DNA of 35,841 nt from a virus (Duplodnaviria; Caudoviricetes), in the IMG/VR virus record IMGVR_UViG_3300017565_000034, positions 1 through 35,841 of that record. The stretch is one strand, 5' to 3'. The translations under genes and the position numbers were made by a program. Positions 25,575 through 34,129 of the stretch are shown piece after piece; position 1 is the stretch's first letter, and each line of letters starts with the position of its first letter. The notes beneath the pieces are model-generated. The model made no database searches and was not told the DNA's origin. It was given only the letters and a program-made list of their open reading frames with translations.

Positions 25575-25994
25575 CGTTCACCACGATTGGGAGGATCTGG
25601 GGCGAGGGCCCGGAAGTGCTCCCAATTGTGGTCAACGGCGCGTTGGCCAAGGTCTTGGTCAATGCGGCGTTCACCAAGATTGGGAGGATCTGGGATGGCC
25701 CGCCCAGGATGCTCATCTTCTTGGTGAACGCGCCGTCGACCAGGAAGGGGGACGGTGCGAGGCCCGGAGAGCAGGTTCCCGCAACGGTCTGTTGACGATG
25801 GGGCCAGTGAGGTCGAGGGGCCCGAGGAGCTCACCATCGCTGACTATCCCACCGATCCCCAGGGCGGCGAGGTCGAGAGGCCCGAGGAGCTCACCGTCGC
25901 TGACTATCTCACCGTCCTCGGGCAGGTGCGGCGTTGACCAAGAAGATGAGGATCTGGAGGGGCCCCGCCCCGGAGCTCCCGATCGTGGTTGACG
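25575..25994. repeat. Repeat family A: three related inverted-repeat units with 19-20 bp arms
   Basis: Arms at 25575-25593/25619-25637, 25667-25686/25712-25731 and 25931-25950/25976-25994; each left arm ends GAG and is followed by GATCTGG. Confidence 0.8.
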
Positions 25995-26830
25995 GCGAGG
26001 GTGAGAACGTTTGCGGCTCATCCGCGGCTCATTTGCGGCTCATCCCGTCAACAGATCTTCTCCAGCTGTCCCAGGACGGGAAGAACGCTTGCGGCTCATC
26101 CCGTCAACAGATCTTCTCTGGGGTGTCCCAGGACGGGAAGAACGTCTGCGGCTCATTTGCGGCTCACATCTTCAACGGACATTGACGGACAGAACGTTTG
26201 CGGCTCATTTGCGGCTCACATCTTCAACCACCGTTGACGGACATTTGCGGCTCACATCTTCAACCCCTGTTGACGGACATTTGCGGCTCACATCTTCAAC
26301 CCCCGTTGACGGACAGAACGTTTGCGGCTCATTTGCGGCTCATTTGCGGCTCACATCTCCAACCCCCGTTGATGGACATTTGCGGCTCATCCCATCAACG
26401 GGGGTTGGAGAACGTTTGCGGCTCATTTGCGGCTCATCCCGTCAATACCTGTTGACGGACAGAACGATTGCGGCTCATTTGCGGCTCATCCCGTCAACGG
26501 GGGTTGGAGAACGTTTGCGGCTCATCCCGTCAACGGGCGTTGGAGAACGTTTGCGGCTCATTTGCGGCTCATCCGCGGCTCACATCTTCAACGGGAATTG
26601 GTGAGGCCGAGGAGGTCGAGGAGCTCACCGTCGCTGACTACCTCACCGTCTTGAAGATCAGTGGGGCCGAGGAGGTCGAGGAGCTCACCATCGCTGACTA
26701 CCTCACCAACCCCGGGGGCCGGCGGGGCCGAGGAGGTCGAGGAGCTCACCATCGCTGACTGACTCACCGACCCGGGCCTCAGTGGGATCGAGGAGGTCGA
26801 GGAGCTCACCGTCGCTGACTGCCCCACCGA
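25806..26830. repeat. Repeat family B: six 60-bp-period units with core CGAGGAGCTCACCRTCGCTGACT (two left and four right of family C)
   Basis: Cores start at 25823, 25883, 26617, 26677, 26738 and 26798. Confidence 0.9.
26003..26600. repeat. Repeat family C: about 22 copies of the 11-mer TTTGCGGCTCA interleaved with TCAAC-N4-GTTGA palindromes and AGAACG
   Basis: Counted by eye; 11-mers occur in runs of 1-3. Confidence 0.95.
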
Positions 26831-27177
26831 TCCGGGGGTCAGTGAGGTCAGGCAGGGGGAGGACGCTGCTGCCCCCACCCTGAGGTCCCTGGGCCTCGGT
26901 CCCACAAGGCCACGGGCGCTCCTGGGGACCAGAAGCTGTTGGATCTCAGGGGGTTGGCACCTGACTCAGGGCCCCGAGTCTGGGGCTGGATCTTGTGCTA
27001 GGCCGCTCGGCTGGGCCATTTCGCCGAGTTCCACTTTGTCCAGATTGTGGCGAAGAGCCCGGTCCCAGGGCGGGGTCGGCGCGAGGAGGGTCGAAGAAAA
27101 TGGAATTTTCTCCTCACCGGGCCTCATCGGGGGGTCGAAGAGAAAATAGTGCCTGAGTTCTCCAGGCATGAGCTTCC

Positions 27178-27485
27178 GCGACACCTTGCGACACTCAGGG
27201 CCAGGGCCACACTATATAGCCCACACATTTACACCCTCCATTGACCCTATGCACCTCTTATATACCCCTCTCTTTTATATATTCTACACACACATATTAA
27301 GTAAAAAAGTGTCGGTAGTGTTTGCGGCTCGGCTAAGCGGTTCGCCTGGTTACGGTTTTTCAGGCGACACCTCGTTTCTGAGAAGTGTCCACCCAGTGTC
27401 GCTCCCCCAGTTGTGTCGCTCTGGACCCCCGATTGGCGACACTCGTTCCACAGGAGTTCTGAGAGCGACACACGGGAAGTGTCCA
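27178..27485. other. Probable replication origin: GCGACAC/GTGTCGC iterons in both orientations around an AT-rich tract
   Basis: Iterons at 27178, 27188, 27364, 27396, 27413, 27436, 27465, with variants at 27309, 27385, 27479; AT-rich tract about 27210-27310; downstream of the primase-helicase. Confidence 0.65.
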
Positions 27486-28007
27486 CCCTCGCTTGAAACT
27501 TTTTCCTCTTGGTCAACGCTCTACCAAACGAAGAGAAAGTGATGTTTCCATTCTGTTCTCATCCAGGACCGGGCCTCCCAGCCGGCCGGGACCCTCCCCG
27601 AGCAACGATCTGCGGCTCCCAGCACCCCCAAATGGGGGATGGAGGGTAGCGGGCTACCCAAATGGCGCCGGGCTGAGCCCTCCAGCGCACAGCTGCCCGC
27701 CCCCAGATCAGTTCTAGGGCCCGCTGGGCGGCCCAGGGACCAGGCCGGATGTGGCAGACAGGCCCCAGCCAGCAGCGCGCCCAGCGAGCTCCTGAGCTGA
27801 GCTGCCGGGCCCAGGGCGACCCAAGGTGGGGCAGAGGCTGCACCTGCCAGGACTGGGGGACAACCAGCCGGACACTAAGGCGGAGCACGGATCGACCGGC
27901 CGGACACTGAGGCGGCCCCCAGATCTCGCTCCGGGGGCCGCCTGTTGCGCTGGCTGGATCGGCTGGGGGACCGACCCTGCCAGCGAGCTCTGCGCTCCTC
28001 GCTGCCC

Positions 28008-31004
28008 TCAGGGCTTCTCGGGGGGCTTGGTCTTCTTCCGCCGCAACGGCTTAGCCTTGGGATCAGCGCCCTCGTCCTTGGCAGGCCGACGCCTCAGCTT
28101 GGGCCGGGCGGGCTTGGCGTCCGGCATCGCGGTGAGCACCTCCTCGGGGGTGTCGCCGCCACCCTTGTCGTCCTCGTCCTGGGGCCTCTTGGCCGCGTCA
28201 GCCAGGGACGGCCCGTCGCCGTCGACCTCGACGGTCAGCTCCTCGGCCAGGTGCTCGCTGGGGCTCGGGGCCTGGGCGGCCCGCATCATCCTCATCTCTT
28301 CCTTGTCCCACCACTGGCCCAGGACTGTGGCATTGACGTCGTCTGCGGCATCGCTGATGCGCATGCCCGACCGATCAGCGAAGACGGACTGCGAGTGGGC
28401 GTTCCAGTAGTCGAGGCCGCTCTCGTTCATCTTGATGCCTGCGTACCACCGCATGGTCCTCGTCTTGCCCCGGACGATGCGGGGATCTGATAGGGAGACC
28501 ATGGCCCGGCCGAACGAGTCGACGGACGGGGTCTGCCCGCCCCGGTTCTCCCGCCACCAGGCAGCGAAGGCGCCGTACATGTCGGGGACGCTGATCATCT
28601 TGTTGATGTCGAAGTCGACGCACTCCTCGAGGAAGCCCGAGGCCATGTTGCTGTCCATCCTCATCCGGTAGAGCTCCTGGTGGATTGCTTCTGGCATGAC
28701 GTAGTGGCCGCGCGTCCTGGCCCGGACCATCCCGGCGACGGCCCAGTTGAGGAGGCCGGACAGCTCGGTTCGGAGGACGAGCTCGGACGGCGAGCTGTAG
28801 CCTCGGTCCTGGGCGATCTTCGCCGCGCCGACGACGATCTGGGGGTCGTAGACGCGCTGGCACTTGACGATGACGAGGCGGTTCTCCATCGCCCGGGACG
28901 ACTCCTTGAACTGGGGCGGGACGTTGGTGCCCCAGAAGATCGGCGCCCTGAACTGGTGCGTGACCAGGGCGCCGTTCTTGATGTTCACGGTGACGGGGTC
29001 GCCGGACATGAGGGCCTTGGCGTTGGCGCTCATCTCCCAGCGGGACTGCTCGAAGGCCTCGTGCAGCACCCAGGGGTGCGGCTGCAGGAAGCTGACGAGG
29101 CCGTGCACGTTCTCCAGCGTCGCCAGGGCCGTGGAGTTCACCTTGTCGCCGGACAGGCCGGCCATCACGTTCAGGAGGTTCGACTTGCCGGAGTTCGACG
29201 GCCCCAGGAGGACCAGGGCCCGCATCAGGGCGCGGGGCTTCGTGGGCAGGAGGGACATGCCGATGACCTCCTGGACGAAGCGGACCATCTCGTCGCTGGC
29301 CAGGACGTCGCTCACCATGCTCTCCCACACGGGGCACTCGGCGCTTGCGTCGTACTCGCAGGGGATGACGCGGGTGGCCCGGTGCTCCGGGGCGAGGGGG
29401 ACGATCTCCAGGGTGGACGGGTCCAGCATGCCCGACCGCGTCGGGATCATGCCGTGGGCGTCCCAGTCGACCCGCGGCTGGTAGACGCCGGGGTTGCGCA
29501 GGAGCCAGCTGCGGGCCTCGTTCACCAGCTTGGTCGTGGACGTGATCCGCAGGGCCCTGCAGCCGAGCTCGACCTCCGAGGCGATCCAGGCCTTCTCCTC
29601 GTCGCCGGTGTACGAGGACCAGATGCCGTCGCGGTACCGCCAGAGGCGGCTGTCGCTGTAGAGGATCTGCTGGCCCTGGTCGCGCAGCTTGTTCAGGATG
29701 CCCTCGCCGATGACGACGTGGGCGTCGCCCTTCTTCTTGGACGGCCTGCGCTGGTCCCGGGCGGCGGCCAGGCTGACCACGTTCGACGAGTCGCCCTCGC
29801 CTGCCTCTCCGGTGCCGTCGTCCATGTCGTCCCGGCTCATGCCCGCCGCTCCCGTGATCTTCTTAGGCTTGGGAGCGTCCTCCCGCTCGACGTCGCTGCG
29901 CTTCCGGACCTTCGGCCGAGGAGGCGGGTCCGGGTCTGGGTCGGGCTGGCTGCTGGCGACTCGCAGGTGCGCCGGCCTCGACCCCTCGACCACGAAGTCG
30001 TCGGGGCCGGAGCTGGCGATCTCCTCCCGGAGGATCTCTGACTGGCTCGGCCTCTCCCGCCTCTCGCGGTCCGCCACCTCCGGGTGCTTCCGGCGCCAGT
30101 CAGAGCAGAGGCGGCGGATCTTCCGCTCCTCGAGGCCGAGGTTCCAGGACCTGGGGGCCACCCGGCGGACCGCTGCCATCAGGCGCTCCACGACCTCGTC
30201 CTCGGGAACGCCGTCGTTCATGAGGGCTGCCGAGCAGCTCAGGAGGGTGATGTGGACGCCCGAGTCGACGTCGCCCACGGTCATGTCGGCCAGGCGCTGC
30301 TCCACGTCGATGGGCCCGCGGAAGCCCATCTCGTCGGCGGCCCGGAGGAACGGGTTGCTCTCGCCGGTGTCGCGCTTGGGGATCAGCGGCTGCGGGATCG
30401 CGTCGAGCATCCGCTCGAGCTCCTCCAGGGAGGTGTCGGGCTGGTCCGGGTTGTCCCAGGCGACCTCGACCTCGCGCCAGTTGCCGCCCTTCGTGTTGTG
30501 GGAGCCGGGGAAGCGCAGGAGGGCCACGCTGTGGCAGACCATCCGGTCGCTCGACAGGGCGTGGGCGAGGCGGCGCATGGTCTTGGCGGCGGCCTCGTGC
30601 TCCTCCAGGGTGGTCAGGGGGACGGCCAGGGGCCAGAAGCAGTGCAGGCCGTTGCCAGAGGCGTGGCCGCGGGCGGGCGGGATCGGCAGGTTGCGGAGGA
30701 CCTCCTCGACCTGGTCCCGGCTGAACTCGATGCTCTTGAAGTCGATGTCGGCGTGGACGAACGCCATCTCTCGGGCGTGCTGCTTCCGGCGGGGCTTGCC
30801 GTCGGCGATGGTGCTGACGCTGTAGAAGAGGCCGCGCTCTGGCTTGTCCCACTTGCTGACGAAGCGGGCTATCCGCTCCGGGTCTCGGGTGAGGAGGTGC
30901 CTCTCAGGGATGCTGGCTGTGGCGTCTCGGTCATTCGGCAGGGTGGCGATGAAGATGCTGCCTGCCACTCGCGGCAGGAAGAAGTCGGTGATGAAGTCTC
31001 TCAC
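28008..31004 (-). CDS. DNA primase-helicase (RepB'/AEP-like primase, D5_N, SF3 helicase)
   Basis: 998 aa; HADIDF, SGNGLHCFW and LRFPGSHNTK primase motifs; CPVWE, Walker A GPSNSGKS, TNVPP and RLVIV SF3 motifs. Confidence 0.92.
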   Translation of the reverse strand: MRDFITDFFLPRVAGSIFIATLPNDRDATASIPERHLLTRDPERIARFVSKWDKPERGLFYSVSTIADGKPRRKQHAREMAFVHADIDFKSIEFSRDQVEEVLRNLPIPPARGHASGNGLHCFWPLAVPLTTLEEHEAAAKTMRRLAHALSSDRMVCHSVALLRFPGSHNTKGGNWREVEVAWDNPDQPDTSLEELERMLDAIPQPLIPKRDTGESNPFLRAADEMGFRGPIDVEQRLADMTVGDVDSGVHITLLSCSAALMNDGVPEDEVVERLMAAVRRVAPRSWNLGLEERKIRRLCSDWRRKHPEVADRERRERPSQSEILREEIASSGPDDFVVEGSRPAHLRVASSQPDPDPDPPPRPKVRKRSDVEREDAPKPKKITGAAGMSRDDMDDGTGEAGEGDSSNVVSLAAARDQRRPSKKKGDAHVVIGEGILNKLRDQGQQILYSDSRLWRYRDGIWSSYTGDEEKAWIASEVELGCRALRITSTTKLVNEARSWLLRNPGVYQPRVDWDAHGMIPTRSGMLDPSTLEIVPLAPEHRATRVIPCEYDASAECPVWESMVSDVLASDEMVRFVQEVIGMSLLPTKPRALMRALVLLGPSNSGKSNLLNVMAGLSGDKVNSTALATLENVHGLVSFLQPHPWVLHEAFEQSRWEMSANAKALMSGDPVTVNIKNGALVTHQFRAPIFWGTNVPPQFKESSRAMENRLVIVKCQRVYDPQIVVGAAKIAQDRGYSSPSELVLRTELSGLLNWAVAGMVRARTRGHYVMPEAIHQELYRMRMDSNMASGFLEECVDFDINKMISVPDMYGAFAAWWRENRGGQTPSVDSFGRAMVSLSDPRIVRGKTRTMRWYAGIKMNESGLDYWNAHSQSVFADRSGMRISDAADDVNATVLGQWWDKEEMRMMRAAQAPSPSEHLAEELTVEVDGDGPSLADAAKRPQDEDDKGGGDTPEEVLTAMPDAKPARPKLRRRPAKDEGADPKAKPLRRKKTKPPEKP

Positions 31005-31086
31005 GTCTCTCCCCCAGAAGAGCTCGGGTTGATGTTGCGCAGTCCCCCGGGGCGCGAGCTTCCCCGGGGTCCAGCGGGCTCAGTCG

Positions 31087-31911
31087 TCAGCGGCTCTTGC
31101 GAGCAGCTGCCTTCTTCTTGGCCGGCGGGGCGGCCTGCTCCGGAGCGTCGTCCTCGCCCTCGTCATCGCTTCCGGCGACGGGGTCGAACAAGGACTTCTT
31201 CTCCCAGCCCACGATCGTGAAGGTCGGCGTCTTGATGATGCCGAACTCCGGATTGGAGTGCTTGTACTTGTGCACCCCGATCTCGACGATCGGGTACTCG
31301 TCCGGGCGGATGCGCATCTCCTTGCCGTACTTCTTGCACAGCTCGCCGATCGCGCCGATGCCGCCCTTCGAGGACGTGGCGAAGGTGTAGAGGTTCTCCT
31401 CCGACGCATCCTCGCCCGGCTCCTTGAGGACCAGGTAGTTGCTGAACTGCCAGGGGTCGCGGGGGCGTCCCTGGGTGTCGAGCTCCCACTCGTCCTCGTC
31501 CTCGTCTCCCAGGGTATTCCGCCGCGGGGCCTGGAAGTTGTCCGCGAGGGCGCCCATGATCTGCTGGTCCGGGCGATTGTCGACCCACTTGATCCAGCCG
31601 ATCATGAGCTGGTTCATGTTGGCGACGAACCGGGTCCCGACCTCGACCTCGCTGTCGTTGTCCCCCGTCAGCCAGTCCCCCTTGTTGAACTTCAGGAGGG
31701 TGCCGACCAGGAACTTCGTGCTGACCTGGTCGCCGTACGACTCGAAGGCGTTGCGCTCGGGCGGCGTGGCCAGTGACCGGTACTCCTGATCCGTCGTCGC
31801 GGGGAGGCTCGCGCTCCCCGACGCCGGGGCGTCCCGTTCTGCGTCCTGCGATGCTTCTTGAGCTGCCGCGCCTGCGGCGGTCGACTGGGTCTTGGGCTTG
31901 CTTCTTGCCAT
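31087..31911 (-). CDS. Single-stranded DNA-binding protein
   Basis: 274 aa; LLKFNKGDW, GWIKW, DPWQ, F.TSSKGG, YKH...G.IKTP.F.IVGW; lies between exonuclease and primase. Confidence 0.75.
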   Translation of the reverse strand: MARSKPKTQSTAAGAAAQEASQDAERDAPASGSASLPATTDQEYRSLATPPERNAFESYGDQVSTKFLVGTLLKFNKGDWLTGDNDSEVEVGTRFVANMNQLMIGWIKWVDNRPDQQIMGALADNFQAPRRNTLGDEDEDEWELDTQGRPRDPWQFSNYLVLKEPGEDASEENLYTFATSSKGGIGAIGELCKKYGKEMRIRPDEYPIVEIGVHKYKHSNPEFGIIKTPTFTIVGWEKKSLFDPVAGSDDEGEDDAPEQAAPPAKKKAAARKSR

Positions 31912-32008
31912 CTTCTGCTTCCTGTTCTCTCTGTCTCTCGTTCCGCCAGCGGGACCATTCCTGCGGCGGGATGGTTCGCCCCGGGGCGGGTGCCCCAGGG
32001 CCCGCGCG

Positions 32009-33052
32009 TCAGCCGCCAGAGACGGTGACGCGAAGCTGGTCTGTGGGGTCGCCGGTCGTGCAGTAGGGGGCGAGGTCGATGCCCGCCGCCTCTGCTGCCG
32101 CGCGGATGCCCTTCATGTCGTAGTTGTCCCGGCCCTTCACGGGGGACCAGGACACCACGCCCGGGATCTTCCGGACGCTCTTGGCCCGCAGGCGATCCTT
32201 GATCTCCTGCTTCAGGGAGTTGAGCGTCACGGTCTTGCTCTTGATGTCCATGTCGACCGCGGCGTGCTGCCGGCACAGGTCGGTCATCTCTGCCACGAAC
32301 TGGGGATCGGCCGCGGCCTCCCGCTCGGGGACGGACCGGCGGATGATGCCGCAGGCGCGGGTGAACGCGCAGTGCTCGCAGTCCTTCCCGCCGGCGATCC
32401 AGCCCTCCGGGGGAAGCTGGCTGGCGTCGGTCGCGGTCTTGATCTTGACGGCCCGGGCGTGCATCTTGTCGAAGATGTCCTGGTCGAACTTGACCGCGAA
32501 CTCGTCCACGTCGTCCCAGAACGAGGCGTCGGTGTAGCTGATGACGGCGAAGTCCGGCTTGTAGATCGTGAACTCGCGGATGAGGCCCAGCTGAACGTGC
32601 GTCTGGATCACGTTCTCCTGCTTTGCCTCGTACAGATTGACGCGGGGGTCGATGGTCTTGCACTCGATGACGAAGCACCCGCTGGGCCCGATGTCGGGGA
32701 CGCCGAGGTCGGCGAGGATGTTTCGCTTCTGGCCGACGACGAGGCCGTCGGGGGTGGCGGACAGGTACTTGTCTGCGAACGTGGTCTGCTTGTTGCCAGA
32801 GAACAGGAGGGACTTGCCGAACTTCTTCTGCATGGCAGGCTGCCAGAAGCGGTCCTCCATGACAGTTCCGCGGAGCCGGGCTCCCCAGCTGTCCACGTGG
32901 TCGTCGTCCATCCGGCCCTCAGTCTTTCGGTAGTAAGTCTCCCGGGCGCACCGCCCGATCTCCGATGCCCCGATGGTCCGGCTCCGGTCCATCACGAACA
33001 CCTTCTGGAAGGCCCTCGAGTTCGCGTAGGCCCCTAGTGCTTCCTTGATCAT
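32009..33052 (-). CDS. Cas4-like / PD-(D/E)xK exonuclease
   Basis: IGASEIGRC.R, ATPDGL, IECKT, Q.HVQ and C-terminal CEHCAFTRAC (Fe-S-type cysteine pattern). Confidence 0.85.
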   Translation of the reverse strand: MIKEALGAYANSRAFQKVFVMDRSRTIGASEIGRCARETYYRKTEGRMDDDHVDSWGARLRGTVMEDRFWQPAMQKKFGKSLLFSGNKQTTFADKYLSATPDGLVVGQKRNILADLGVPDIGPSGCFVIECKTIDPRVNLYEAKQENVIQTHVQLGLIREFTIYKPDFAVISYTDASFWDDVDEFAVKFDQDIFDKMHARAVKIKTATDASQLPPEGWIAGGKDCEHCAFTRACGIIRRSVPEREAAADPQFVAEMTDLCRQHAAVDMDIKSKTVTLNSLKQEIKDRLRAKSVRKIPGVVSWSPVKGRDNYDMKGIRAAAEAAGIDLAPYCTTGDPTDQLRVTVSGG

Positions 33053-33161
33053 CTGCTTGTTCCTCTTGCTCGACTGGGTAGAGAGGCCAGCTGAGCTGCC
33101 CCTGTGCCTGAGGCTACCAGGATGCCTCTCAGCAGGCCCAAAGTAAATACCCTATCTGTTC

Positions 33162-33581
33162 TTATCCAGCTAGAGCATCTGCTAGGCGGACCATGACATA
33201 GTCCGGAGGGGAGCCAGGGCTCCTCCCCACCCGGCTGTCCCGGAGGATGGACAGTGCCTCAGCCCTCGTGTACTTGCCGGCCTCCGTGGCCTGGGGCGTG
33301 TATCCGCGGTAGTTCTCCCGCCACCACATGCGCTTGTGCCCGGACCATATGAGGTACGGCTCCTCCACCTCCCCGGAGCTGGGGTCCGGATCGAACTTCG
33401 TCAGCATGCTGCCGGGGAAGACGTGGACGAACTGGCCGTAGCCTCCCTCCACCCGCATGGCGACGTTGTAGAGGACGTGCCCCGTCCCATCCAGGTCCGT
33501 CGTCATCCCGACGATGACGCCCGGCCCGCCGTACCTCCCGCCCGACTTGACGACGCGGTCGCCTACCTTCAAGTCACTCAT
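33162..33581 (-). CDS. Two-domain protein with an N-terminal DfrB (R67 DHFR)-like SH3 domain
   Basis: Start trimmed to the ATG overlapping the upstream stop; KVGDRVVKSGG.Y...G.IVG...YNV......VHVFP...L; C-terminal YLIWS....WWR....GYT....AG.YT..EA domain. Confidence 0.55.
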   Translation of the reverse strand: MSDLKVGDRVVKSGGRYGGPGVIVGMTTDLDGTGHVLYNVAMRVEGGYGQFVHVFPGSMLTKFDPDPSSGEVEEPYLIWSGHKRMWWRENYRGYTPQATEAGKYTRAEALSILRDSRVGRSPGSPPDYVMVRLADALAG

Positions 33582-34129
33582 CAGATCCACCCCCTCAGCT
33601 GCAGCCGACTGAACGCGGCCATGAACGCTTCCTTTGCCTGTCGCGGAGACCAGCACATGATCTTGATCGGCGCTGGGTCGGGCCAGTACGTCCACCCGAA
33701 CTTGGGCGTCGCCATGATCTGCCGGATCTCGGCGCCGAAGACGGCCATGTCGGCGGCGTGGACCTCTGGGGGCATCTCGCCCCGGAGCCCGTACTTCGCC
33801 TTGATGACGCCCATCAGGACGCCCTCGGCGTCGCCATACCCCGGCATCTTCCGCTTGACGGGCGTGGCGAAGTCGTAGAGGTAGGCCTCGGGGGCATCGT
33901 GGACCAGTCCCCACATCTGGAGGGGACCGGGCGGGAGCTGGTGTGCCACGTGGACGGAGTGCTCGGCGACGCTGTAGAAGTCCTTGCAGTGGCCGAGGAA
34001 GCGGCACTGCATGGACAGGGCGTGGGCTATGTCGACGATGTCCACGTCGTCGGGCCGCGGGTCCAGGGGCCAGAAGGGCCGGCCGGTGAACGTCTGGATG
34101 CAGTCAGCATAGAGCCGGTCCTCAGCCAT
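33581..34129 (-). CDS. HD-domain phosphohydrolase (YfdR/YfbR-like 5'-deoxynucleotidase)
   Basis: DIAHALS..CRF.GH...FYSVAEHS, LVHDAPEAY..D...PVK and V..AD motifs. Confidence 0.9.
   Translation of the reverse strand: MAEDRLYADCIQTFTGRPFWPLDPRPDDVDIVDIAHALSMQCRFLGHCKDFYSVAEHSVHVAHQLPPGPLQMWGLVHDAPEAYLYDFATPVKRKMPGYGDAEGVLMGVIKAKYGLRGEMPPEVHAADMAVFGAEIRQIMATPKFGWTYWPDPAPIKIMCWSPRQAKEAFMAAFSRLQLRGWI

Noticed and set aside
26003-26600. Alphaproteobacterial LexA boxes (GAAC-N7-GAAC)
   Set aside because: Spacing fits (GAAC-N7-GCTC), but the second half-site always has two mismatches; not supported without binding data.
26605-26815. Cuckoo-family sRNAs (CCUCCUCCC loops)
   Set aside because: The minus strand has only CCUCCUC, and the stems pair better on the plus strand.
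25755-26830. Plus-strand ORFs with repeated peptide EELT(I/V)ADYLT as RiPP precursors for the ATP-grasp enzyme
   Set aside because: The period shifts to 61 bp, one copy has an in-frame TGA, there is no good start or RBS, and the strand is opposite to all genes; a nucleic-acid-level repeat fits better.
26605-26840. CRISPR array (about 39-bp repeat plus 21-bp spacer)
   Set aside because: The spacers resemble each other and take part in the stem; the repeats are degenerate; there is no cas operon.
26966-27888. ORFs within the origin region (26966-27184, 27247-27516, 27559-27888)
   Set aside because: Atypical composition; they cross iterons and the AT tract; no convincing RBS or recognisable motif.
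31045-31069. Terminator after SSB (CCCCGGGG-N9-CCCCGGGG)
   Set aside because: A stem is possible, but it is low-complexity GC with no clear U-tract; not enough to call.
32009-33052. Cas4 as evidence of a CRISPR system
   Set aside because: Stand-alone Cas4-like exonucleases beside SSB and polymerase are ordinary phage replication/recombination genes.
33581-34129. DatZ / 2-aminoadenine genome system
   Set aside because: The protein matches the common YfdR-like HD family, and no purZ or mazZ is visible in the window.
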